Source: Klebsormidium nitens (taxonomy: Eukaryota > Plantae > Klebsormidiophyceae). Taken from it: a stretch of DNA of 64,000 bases. Below are positions 1 to 11,600 of this stretch, piece by piece. Every line of letters begins with the position of its first letter. Positions within the stretch are counted from its first letter, which is position 1. Position numbers and translations under genes: made by a program. The stretch covers positions 62,001 to 126,000 of the forward strand of contig DF237148.1 of NCBI GenBank assembly GCA_000708835.1, written 5' to 3'. The notes under the pieces were generated by a model. The model made no database searches. It saw nothing but the letters and a program-made list of their open reading frames with translations, and was not told the origin of the DNA.

Positions 1-68
1 TCTTTACAGCCGATCTTTCTGCGCTCTCGTCTTTTGTTGCTCGCTCGTCTCAATAGATTTCTTGACAA

Positions 69-3000
69 TCAGATCAGGCAGGTATGGTACTGAGTACGCA
101 TGGCCGGTTCGTACCGCCACCTCAGTTGCATCAGGTCCTCCCGGCGCCCATGCCAGAGCCGCTTGATCGAGTGGTAACCCTTCTGGCTGCTGCTGACGAC
201 AGACTGACGCAGAGTCGAGCAGAGCGCGAGCGGCGTGGGAGGGCACGCGAGGCCCAGCTGGGCGTAATAATCGGTCCACGTGGCAACCTGCACGTGATGC
301 AGTGCATTATTTGCACGACCTGCTTTTCTTAGTGTGGACATAATCTCTCCCGCCGGGACGAGGAAATATCCGGCTACCAGAAAGCATTCGCAAGGAAATG
401 CGTCTCCCAAGCCATCGAGTAATCTTGTGTTTATCAAAGGCCAGATCTAAGTACGGCGTCAGGAATCAGAGGTACTCATTCGTGATGTACCTCAGTTTTC
501 AGATCACGATGCCACGAATCACGCTAGCTTCTCAAGCGTCTTTGACGTCGAGCCTCGTCGCAGGATTGTAAACGTAGGGTATCGTTGCGGATCCCTCACC
601 TTCAGAACGTCGTACCACGTCTTCTGCAGCTTGCGCGTGAGGCCCGGCCGCGGATAGCCGTACCGCTGCGCGATTCCGCCAAGACGTCGCCGACGGAACT
701 GCCGGACGGACGGACGAGCAGCAAGAAAGCCACCTGCACCCAAAAGGCGGAATACCATTCTAAGCCCCGGCTGATTACTGTTCGCAGATGTTTCGTAGAC
801 GCTACTTGACCAAAGACTTAAAGCACAAATGAATAAGAATACAGGCCGCCTGTCATCATCTGGAACCAATAATGACAGACTCACGAAATGTGGAGGAAGA
901 TCCAAATCTCTTAGCATAGAACTGCCAGAACCAAGATCTTGCCAACGGAAAGGCTGAAGGCCTGTTCCTCGAAACGTGGAACTTTAACCCCGCTCAAGGA
1001 TACTGCTACCCTGCTCAAAGGTGGTGAGAGACTCAGAGCTTTTGGTATAGCTAGAAGCCAAAGCTAACAAAATTGCTCAACGCCCCACCTGGAACATGAT
1101 GAGCCGCCTGGAGACGGTGGTCTCTTTGAAAGTGGTCACCATGCGGTAGTCCGACACGTGGTCCGTGTTCTCCAGGACTGCCAGCTCGGGGTGCGACTTC
1201 AGGAGCCACAGCACGTTCCTGCACACGTCAGCATCACTTCAGCACCTGCTCAACAGTTTGAAACTTGGCAGAATGTTGGGAGGTCGTCAGAGCCGGACCG
1301 CCGATGGGAGACTTTGGTATTCACCGTCGTTTCAGGAAGCCTCCTTTTCGTAGACCGTTCCCACTGCGGTTTTGCTGCTCACGTGATTTCGTGTTCACCT
1401 TGGTGACGTCCTCGCCAAGTTACGGCAACTTCGCACAACGGTGAGTTTATTCAACGATGTGCATTGCTGGCGAGACATCAGACCGCCCAAGAGTAGGTTA
1501 GCGGGTCAATGAATAAATCTCTTCTTGCGAACCATGAATTTAGGGTGCGCGTCGACCGAAAAGCTGCAAAAAGCTTTCCAGATTTCTTAGCCAATCGGGT
1601 GGCTTCTTAGGTCCACGTGTAAACCCAAGGTAAATCCAAGAGGAGTGACAAGGCTTAAAAAGTACGTAACTCCTGCCCGTCGTTACTGCAAAGGCAACAC
1701 TGGAGGCCATGTAGGATTACGGTCGACGCGCAACCTCAGACTTATCCCTCCCCCTCCACGCGAGTGCACCAGTGAAATGACGTCAGCCGCCGCGCACGCA
1801 CCTGTCGAAGGACTCCCCCATGAACGCGGGCGCCAGGCTGGCCCAGGTGACTCCCCCGGTCTTTGCGACGCTGAGCAGCACCAGCAGTTCTCCCAGGTCA
1901 GGAGTCTCGTTCTTCTGCCGTGCGCTCGTGTTGTCTTGGAAGCGGGAGAGTGCCCGGTCGATGGCGTCTCGGATCTCCGGGTAGTCTTGGGCCAGGCGCA
2001 GCAGCATGTGGTGCAGCTGGCAGTAACTGCACCGGGGGAGATACTAAGAACTGGTCTAACGGGGTCCATAGAAATTCTGCTAAGCGTCTGCTTGCGAGGA
2101 GTCGTACTTGACTGTACTTTCGTGGGGGGGGTGAAAATCGGCGACTTGAGTGTTTGTCGAAAAGGAGGTGTGACAAATTTTTGATTTGATCTTCTGATTG
2201 GTGTACTGGCAAAATCAGTTAACAAAATCCGTTCATGTTGGACCCTCTGCGAAGCATCTCAAGGTGGCGCAAATGAAAGCAATCTAGACGGCCGCTCGTC
2301 CTAGCACCTATTCAGGGTTGCGATTAGGGCGTTTCGAAATGCATCAGGACAAGCGAGCTCACCCCAGCAGCGCCTTCTCGGAGGCGTGCAGATTCCCTTG
2401 CTGCCCCGCGCCTTCTTTCCCCATGAAAGAGTAAGGGTTCCATTGCTTTTTCGCCTCTTCCTGCTTCATGAACGATACCACCATGCCGTTCATCAAGCGG
2501 GGAAGGACCTGCAAAGGAGAATCGATCCAATTTGACTGTCTAATAGTCGCTTACAGATAATCTCGACGCTGTGCTACGGTAAGCGCTTTCAAGCGTTCTT
2601 CAGCTTGAGAAAGACAGTCGAAATTAATCAATTGCCAAAAAAAGTGCGGACCCGAGAAGAGGAAGAGTGACGTGTAATAACAGAAAGCGCGGGATGAATT
2701 GCGAGGAGATTTTCCATGGTTACATACGCGTCGAAGGCGCAACCAAACCCTAACACTTACGACATTTTGTTTCTCACCTTGAGCGTGTCGAGGGGCGAAA
2801 ACGTTTGCGCCATGTCCAGGATGTCGCCACGTGTCAGTACTGCGCGCCAAGGGTCCGTGGCGAGCGCCTTGATAATGCCCTTGAGGAGCGGGAGCGCGCG
2901 CGCGCAGTGCTGGGCGTCAAGAATCAGAGGGAGCCACCAGGTCAACCTGGAAAAAAAACCGCACATAGAAAGTTTTCATCCACCTCAATTGTCGCAGATG

Positions 3001-6000
3001 AGAGTTCGTCCAATGGCAATAACGGTATCTCAAAAGCTGACTGACCAGGCTTGGAGCTGGAATTCTCAGCTACTATTGTGAAATTAAATCTGCTCGTCAG
3101 CTGTACCGTTCTCGAGCGAAGCGCTCTGTCCCCTACGGCGGTGAAAAATTTTGTGAGAAGACGTTCAAAACCAGGAGCAGACAGGGATCATGCTGTAACC
3201 ATTTCTTTAGATAGAATCAACTCAAGCGCTCACATCTCATTCCAGACGCCTTTGCGCACGTTGCCCTCGAAGAAGGCCCCGGCCGACAGATAATCCATCA
3301 GAAGCACCCCCTCCCACCGCGCCGGCGAATTTAATCCCTTGATCTCCAGCCCAAACCCCAAAACCTCCTCGGCGAAGCTGCGCTTCGAGTGGAAGCACTG
3401 CAGCTCGCGCCGCACCCACGCGCCGCGCTCCGTGGCCGCGCGCGCGTAGTACTTGCCCGCGCGCACGAGCGCGGATAGCGCGGGCGCGTCCAGCCGGTCC
3501 ATGACTTGAACCAGGACGTCCGTGGGGAGCTCGCTTAGTCGGTCCGCGGCCGTCGGCGCGGGTACGGGGTTTTGCGAGGCGCTGACGGCGGGGTTTGGGG
3601 CGCGTCGCTGGCGCGCGCGCGCGGGCGAACGCGCGGCCGCTAGGTCGCTCTCGGAAACATCCCCTAGGGCACCGAGGAGGTTGAAGGGGTTGTTGCTGGA
3701 GCTCGCGCGCTGGACAAGGACACGAAAAAAGCGTCAGCATCACGAAAGGATAAAGACTTAAGGAGATTGTCATGAGGTGTTTTTGGCACTCGGTATCAGG
3801 AGCTCAGATTGTTGTCGAACTTTTGGAAGGCAGAACGAGGTGCCGGGGAAGATAATGGAAAACCCTGACTTTCCTTTAAATCGAGACAGAAGCTGCCATT
3901 GATTGGAGGAGCTAATCTGGTGCCTGGAGTCCGGCAATCAGGAGTCCTTTGACTCAACCGCCCTCTGCCAGTCTCTGGTGTCCAAATCTGCAACTCCTGT
4001 ATATCGTCTTGCTTTAGATTGCTTTGAGTTTAGTTGACCTTTACCTGAAATTCGAGAGCCATTCGAGCGCGCTCCCATGCGCGCTCGCGTTCACACTGCA
4101 AGGGCGCCGCGGCCACGATGTCCGAGCCCTTGAACCCGCAGACGCGGCAGCTGAACGCTGCCGCGTCGTTCCTGGCGATGTCCGCTGCGCATTTGCCCGC
4201 CCAGTTGCGGGTGTAGGACGCCTTAGAGCCGTGACTTTCCTGCGGATTTGAGGACAGCCGTTTGTAACAACTACTACAAAACCCTAACCTTGAAGTGGCT
4301 GGTTTCGAGCACCAAGAGCTGGCTCTTCTCAGCAGTGTTCAATTCTCTCGGTGTTTTGTCCATAGATAAACACGGCGTTTCCGCACATTGCTCGCTCTAA
4401 TTCTTTCTTCAACTGCTTTAACGACACCACTGAAATCCTGTTGATTTCTTCCGGTTCCGGGCGGCACAGGCGGCCCCACCAATTCCAGAACCATTTCTAA
4501 GGGCGCGGAGCAAGCAGGCACGAAAGTTTCCATCGAAGGCATTTCTCGTGCTCCGTCTGCATAGTACATGCTCTGTCACGTATCTCAGTTTTCATTGAAC
4601 CAAAAGTGAAAGTAACGCGCCAATCTGGGAACACTGCTCAACATTCAGAAACCATTTTCATGACTTCCTCCGGCTGGACGTGTGTACGTTCTGACAGAGG
4701 ACATCAGCTGATGGAAGGAAACGCGAGACTGACCCGATTGGCGACCTGAGGTCTGGAAAAACACCCCCGTTTGTAGACCACAATATTGAGAGAGCTAACC
4801 TGAGGAACGTTTTCGGCGAAGAGGAAGCTCTGAAGCTGCAGCAGGATGCTCTGAACGCTGTACGCCGTCGACCAACCTGCTAGCGACACGTGGGCGGTTG
4901 GAAGATGAGCTCGGACTTAGAAAAAGACCGAGTGGCGCTGTTTTTTGACCGCTTTGTTTGACGAATGTTGATCATAGCATCAAAACCTTCCCTTTCACAC
5001 TTTTATTCAGATCGTAAGAGCTTCTCAGATTCTGGGAACATGACCCTTCTGCAGAACTCCGTTCAAGCATCTCTTTCCTTCTCGCACTTAAAACCTGAAA
5101 CGGGCCGTCAAAAAGTCCCCTTGATTTCGGTCCAGCTAGCCTTCAGATTCACTGAGAGACGCCGCGATGACGTCACACTGATCGTTACTGTAATCCTTAA
5201 TCAAAGAACAATGCAACTCGCTTTCCATAAGCAAACTTTTCGAGAACTGTACGAAGATCGTATATATGAATGGACCATTCTTTTCTCGTCTGGTTTCGAC
5301 TCACCTTGGTATGGCCCAGCATAGAACTTGGGTTCCTTGATCATGTCCAAGCAGATATACCCCCCGCAGCTGACGTTCTGCAACGCAAGGGGAAACGCTT
5401 CGCTTCAAGACCTGCTGATCCAGTTGAAAGTAACCTGAAGTCTTGCATTCAGCAAACACTCCTTGACCGATATGTACCATCATACAAGCCCGTTTCCACA
5501 TATGAGCGATCAAAATTTGGTCCAAGACACGCTCGGACGGTTGTCAAATGTGTCCGGAGATAGCATTCGCGGCAGCTTGTTCTGGTGTGTGATGAGCTGG
5601 TCTGTTTAGAACATTCTGCTCTCACTCGCCCACTCGGTGGTTGAACAGGACGCAATTCTTCTTGTGGACGCTGAAGGGAAGAGACGCTTGGACGTACATA
5701 CGCCTTAGCGTTACTCACCGGGTGGGTCAGGCAGGAGCAGAGGCGGACGCATGGAGGCCGGTTCGGGTAGTCGGACGGAAACGTCAGGATGAGGTGGAAA
5801 GGGATTCCCTGGTACGGGCCCTCGTTCGGCAGCAGGGTGCAGTGCCATTCGCTGCGGAAGGTTTATGTAGATTATAAGCTCAAGCTGCTATACCGGACGG
5901 TTCCTCTTGGGCTTTGCTTTGTCTCAAAGTCAAAACTTCGAAGATCCTGCTGTGCAAACGAGGTTGCAAACTGGGTTTAACGCGTTCCTTAAACGTTTGT

Positions 6001-6230
6001 GTGAATCGCAGCCAAGAGAAAAGGAAGGAGGAATATGAAGGCTCCTTTCCTTCCGCCCTTTCGTATACCGAGTCTTCTTCCAAAACATCAGCTTGCCGCA
6101 GGACCAGTGTCAAGAAAACGAGGCCTAGGTTACCTGATGTCGTTCTCCAGAGGCTTCGCCTTGACGGTGTGAATCGGCTCGTTCTGTGCACCTCCTTCCA
6201 GTCGCGCAGGAGACGCTGCTGCGCCTGCAT
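69..6230 (-). CDS. Ubiquitin-conjugating (E2/UBC) domain + F-box-like motif + unassigned C-terminal domain, ~690 aa, 12 exons; two frameshifts in this assembly
   Basis: Exons 6230-6134, 5851-5719, 5377-5305, 4876-4800, 4239-4045, 3709-3234, 2946-2778, 2508-2363, 2026-1802, 1218-1089, 733-600, 287-69, all GT-AG. UBC motifs: RLLRDWKEV..EPIHTVKAKPLENDISEWH, GPYQGIPFHLILTFPSDYPNRPP, HPNVSCGGYICLDM (catalytic Cys), WSTAYSVQSILLQLQSFL. F-box-like: LSELPTDVLVQVMDRLDAPALSALVRAGKYYARAA. Phases chain correctly except inside exon 1 and exon 11. Confidence 0.85.
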
Positions 6231-8620
6231 TTATAATGGGAGTGGCGGGATTTTGACACCGGCTTCCATTGCATCAACTCCTGACCGCCTAAATAGGGGT
6301 TCGATCGGGGGACAGGGATAATGGTTAGACTGATATCAAATTGTATGCTCCAATTATGATAATTGGACTGCAGAACTTTGCAGAGCAATGATCCTTTGGA
6401 GTAAAATGGTTTTCCAATGCGCCATTTGAACGTCACAGAGGAGAACACCTCATCAGAATGTTCACAGGCTGGAAAGGAGCAGGGACGTGACAGCGAGCGT
6501 AACGAAGAGGGCAACGATCTGTTCTGAAACGGTTTATTCAGATTATGGCCCCCATTTACAGGGGTACCTGAGTTTCTACATGGAAAGCCTAGCAAGAAGA
6601 GCGAAGCATGAGACACTCGAAAACCACAACAAAATGAAAGCCGCCAGATCATGGCTGCTTTGAACAGCCTTTCTCACCCTTCCTTCAAACCTGTCGCTTT
6701 TTCATGGCTATCGAGCTGATCACCCTGACGCCTCGGCCTGACATGACTCTGGACGGAATTCCCAGTCTAGAGATGCCTATAAGATGTGAGGAGGGGAGGT
6801 ATTGGACAGGGGTTACTGAATGGAGGGGAAGAGGAGGGGAGGACTGTCAGAGTAAGGAGTCCTCTATGCGGGAAGAAGTTGACTCTCTTCACTAGCTGTG
6901 ACATGGATAATGGCAGTTGACATGGATCATATGAAAATGAACGTTGAGGAACACGAGAGGCTAGCTAGGCAAGCAAGTACAGAAGGGTCCTTGTTGACCA
7001 GGAATAAGTAACCAGAACAATCTGTGCCAAAACTAGGACAAAGCGGGTATTCGTATTGGTTATGAATATCGTCGATTCATCACAAACAGCAGAAGTGCTG
7101 ACTACAACCTACCTCCTTAGACAAGGGCGCCCTCCTGAATCCAATCTGTGAGTATTCCATCGTTCCTGGAAGTCGAAGCAGCAAGCTGCGGAACCCTGAC
7201 GACGCTGTGCGCTGGGGAATTGGTCGAACGGACGTCTTGCAGAGCAAGAAAGCAACGCAAGTTTTGCAGAGAGTCGACTTTTGCAGCGCCGCTGAATGCA
7301 GCTCAGCAGTTCCATATAGCTCCCACGGAGGCGGGGAATAAGCTCAGCACTCGAAACCCGTCAAAGTCACAGGCTCGCGGCCGCGCCCCGGATGCGTCAC
7401 GACACTGGGCGGCCAGAGGATTGCGCGCGGTTGGAACTGCATGCGCGCATATTGATCTGTCATCTTGGGTGCCTGCTCTCGCTAGATCCTGAGCCGACGG
7501 CTGCGATATGTGGATATCATCGCGCAGAACTCGCCCCGAATATCTGCGCGATCCTAAACCCTTACAAGAAACCAAGCGGACGGTGCGCGCCAACGCGGCT
7601 GATGGCGCAATGGCGGCCGCCGTGCAACACGTCCCCTTTGAGGCGGATCGGATCGCCGGGCCGAGGACTGTACGTGTGCTTCTGGGAAGGCCGGCTGGCA
7701 ACTTGCTAGCGCGTTTATGACCTGCAAATCTAGCTCACTGCTGACATGAAGTCCAATAACGTTGTGAGGCGTCACCTCCTGAGGCGACGTACCTTGCATG
7801 ACCGACCGGGTACGGTTCAATGCTGCAATGCCGCCTCGAAGATTGTATATAAGCCTGCCACGCCGCGCGTTGCTGATCGAAGTAAGCCGAAATTAACCTG
7901 TCTTATATTTTACCCGTCATGCATGGTGAGACTGACCAGAAGCCTTAATTCAAGGCTTGTGGATGCATGCAGTAGCTGGCCGCCCGATCATCTGGCCAAA
8001 GGCTAGTTGCATGCCGTAAAGCTGCATATTTAAACTGAATCAGCAGTGAGTCTAAAATCGAGTTCTTAATCAAGGATCGACTGGTGCATTTGTTGTTCGC
8101 ATGCTGCTCCTACAGCAGAAGCTTAATCATATGTATTTGCATCTCAATCATGATCGAGATCTCGGCCCGGTCGCACGGAGTGGTGTTAGTGCCGGCGTGG
8201 CGACACGATCATAACTCGGTCGCAAACGCCATGCACTACATGTTTGTGGCACGGTCTAATTTAACAAGCCTGGCACCTTCTGATACCGGATTTGGTGGAT
8301 ACATTTGCATCACGGCTAACAGGAAGCTGATGCAAGTCATTCAAAGGACTTTTCGTTGTACGATTCGGTTCAAGAACAACAAATTTCCTTTAGGACTTTC
8401 CATGTCGTTCCTCGAGCCCGCATAGGTCTGGTTGCCTTTCTCAGCAAGAACCCTCTCGAGCACCCCTTACTACAGACTTCCTGTCAAACATTGAACGCGC
8501 TCTCTAAGATCTCCTCACCGCACGACCAAGAGTAGATGCACTTTCAAACTTGCATCAGCTCTAAACGCATCTCGACTATCCTCAGCCTGGTCACATTCAG
8601 CCCCATCCCTCAGCGGCAAG

Positions 8621-11600
8621 TCACTGCCCGGAAGCGTCCTTCACCCGGGCCTGCCGCCTCGGCACCCCGATCTCGCACGAGTTGACCTTTGCGGCAAAGC
8701 GCAGCGAGCACAGCGACTCGTTGAAGGAGCTCCGGTCGGGCGCAATGTTGACGAACATGAGCGTCTTGGAGTCGCCCCCGAGGCACGGCTGCAGCAGGTA
8801 CGTCAGCTTGGAGTTGCGGTACGGCACGTGCGCGTCGCGGTTCGCGATCGCGGAGATGACGTCACCCAGGCAGCTGAGGCTCTTGTTGATGGCCTGAGGA
8901 GGGAAGGTGAGGAGGGTTGTCGCTTCAGAGCTGTTTGTAGCATGTGAGGAGGACGAGCGTTTTGAAGCGGCTTCAGGAGGCTCTTAGTGATGAGGCCGAC
9001 AGCGTTCAAAAAAGAGACCTCTAGACAAAACGACAATCTGAATTGAGGCCTCAACCCAGTCCGGATTGTTGGACTCAGTGACGCACCCGTTATTTACACA
9101 AGCGCGGTCTGATCATTGGGTTCATCAGCTGAGACTCTTCGGAGCCCTCGCTATCTGCCAAACTAGGAACGGTCGCAACATCGGCCTCCTCGACCGGCAT
9201 TCAGCAGATCGCACGTCGAACTTTTTGTTTCCTTCCTCTCTAAGCTATGGGGGGAAACTAGGACGCCTTCACAACGATCCCTCTAATCTTTTCACAGTCA
9301 TCTGCGCCGCATCATGAAGCCTGCGGACTCCTTTGGAACGGGCTACCATAGCCCAAATGCCAGACCATCTGTGATCCATCCTCGAAGCAATTCTTATTAG
9401 GTCAGCGCTAACCCACCTGGGTTTCCTTGAGGCGGTCGCCGGTGGCCCCGCTGCGCGAGAGGCGCTCGCTGCCGGCGAGGTCGATGAGGTTGAGCACGCC
9501 GTTGACGGTCTGCTCCGTCGTCTCGTTGCTACCCGCGATGCGCAGCGTGAACACGCAGTGGCTGCGTGACGAGCGCTCGTTCATGGCGGTGCGGCCGACC
9601 GTCCTGGGAAAACGTGTCAGAGAAATACTTGAGAGTACGGAACGATTACACTTTAACAAGTAACTTCTAGAGAAGAACCGGTGTGTAGTGAGACGACAGT
9701 CGTAGAACACGCGAGGTTGGNNNNNNNNNNNNNNNNNNNNNNNNGAACGATTACACCTTTTACCAAGAACTTCTGAGAAAGAACCGGTGTGTATGTGCGC
9801 AGCGTGAACACGCAGTGGCTGTGCGACGAGCGCTCGTTCATGGCGGTGCGGCCGACCGTCCTGGGAAAGGAAGGGTTCGGGTGTTAGATGAGAAGATGAG
9901 GAAGTCTCTGATTTAAGTTGTTACAGGTCTAATGCGGAGAAGAACCGGCTAAAGAATGTGAACACGCAGTGGGTGCGTGACGAGCGCTCGTTCATGGCGG
10001 TGCGGCCGACAGTCCTGGAGGGGAAGAGGGCGGAGATTAGGGAGGGTTACTAGGGTGACGGTTGAAAAGAAAATTTTCGAAGCACTGCAGTGCAGTGAGA
10101 AAAGGAAGATGTGAAGGAACTCGCTTTGGGGACGAGCGTTCGTATTTGACCGCACCGCCGGCGGGTCTGGAGATTGTCTACAGCCGTCACAAAGCAGACT
10201 TGCAGAGGAGTCTGATTAAAAGATCAAGTACTGATACAGCGATACATAGAAGACTTTTTTTAATCCCATTGCTGATCTGTCTTCAGCAATGAGTTTTCTC
10301 GATAAGAGCATTGAGCCGATCGGAAATGGACACCCCTAATCTAGATGGGTGCCTCAAGCCAACCATTCCGCTTAAAGAGCCCCACCTGCTCTGCGCTGCC
10401 TTCTGCATCATGAGCTCCACCTCGTGCCACGTGGCGACCTCCACGAGCGTCAGGTCCGCGACCGTTGTGTTGCCCTGCGCGTCGTGCTTGATGGCGTGAG
10501 CCTTGCCGCCAGCGTCCGCGGCCTTGTCCTGGACAGAGCGGGAGAGGATACTTTATAAGAGGATCCTATGATCGAGAAATTGGAGGAACCTCAGATCTAT
10601 ATTTATGAGAAACCCGGCTTGGTCCTGACATGGCGAGAGACGACTCTATACATTGAGGGGGATCATCGAAAGCCATGTATTTTGGTGGAGAAGATGCTCC
10701 CAAAAGGAGGACTGGCAGTCCCTCGTGCTGCACAAGAGACTGTGCTTGCATGGCCTCAGCAACGAAGTGCGCACTCTCAACAGGTAGAGACTCTCAAGAT
10801 GCGGACTTCAAGGCTGCAATGACGCGGGTTGCTTGAAGATCATGTAAGTACTCCAAGGTATAAGGGCTGACACTCGGACCTAGCTGTGTGTTCGCTAATC
10901 TCCTACACTGGAGGCCACTCGTATGGATTGCGAGATGCAACCGAAAATATTTATGGACTTGAGCAGGGCCTTGACAACTGTCGAGTACGGTGGCTGGAGT
11001 GACGACATACTGAGAAGCCGTTCGTGAGGAAGGCCTCTAGGACTATCCCGCAGCGAGCCCCATATTGGATGATTCAAGACAAGAATGGTTTTGGATGAGC
11101 GTCTCACCTTTTGAGCGCTGGCAGGCACCAGCAGGTCCCTCAGCGATTCGTTATAGATCTCCAGCATGCTCGCCTGCATCGTGAACGTCCATCCCTGGAA
11201 GGAGACAGAAAGCCAGTGTATTGGGCTTCGAATCTGGTTCCTAACGGAATAATATTCGTCCTGTGCGAGAGGGGAAGTGTCAGGAGTGCACGTTCAGTGA
11301 TGACGTCAAGCAATTTCGGGCTGGTCTGGTCCGGCAAATGGCTTCACAGGAGTGTTCGAAAGTTCAAAACCAGCAAAAAAGGCTCATAAAGAATCTCAAG
11401 TTCTATCTACAAAGCATGTCACAGTGCTACTTCCCGCTCGTCCCACTAATCCAAAGTTGGTTTCAACTTCTCTATTGAAGCAACATCCCAATAGCAGCTC
11501 TCTTCCAATCTCTCAATTCAGATGGAGTGCGTCGCGCAGGCTCTTTCGTACCTGCGCCTCCAGGTGCTGGCTGGCCTGGAAGATCTGCTCCAGCGACCGG

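Noticed and set aside
10568-10822. 84-aa plus-strand ORF in a kinesin intron, and the similar 63-aa ORF at 6704-6895
   Set aside because: Short, with no recognisable motif or splice support; possibly element debris but not supportable.
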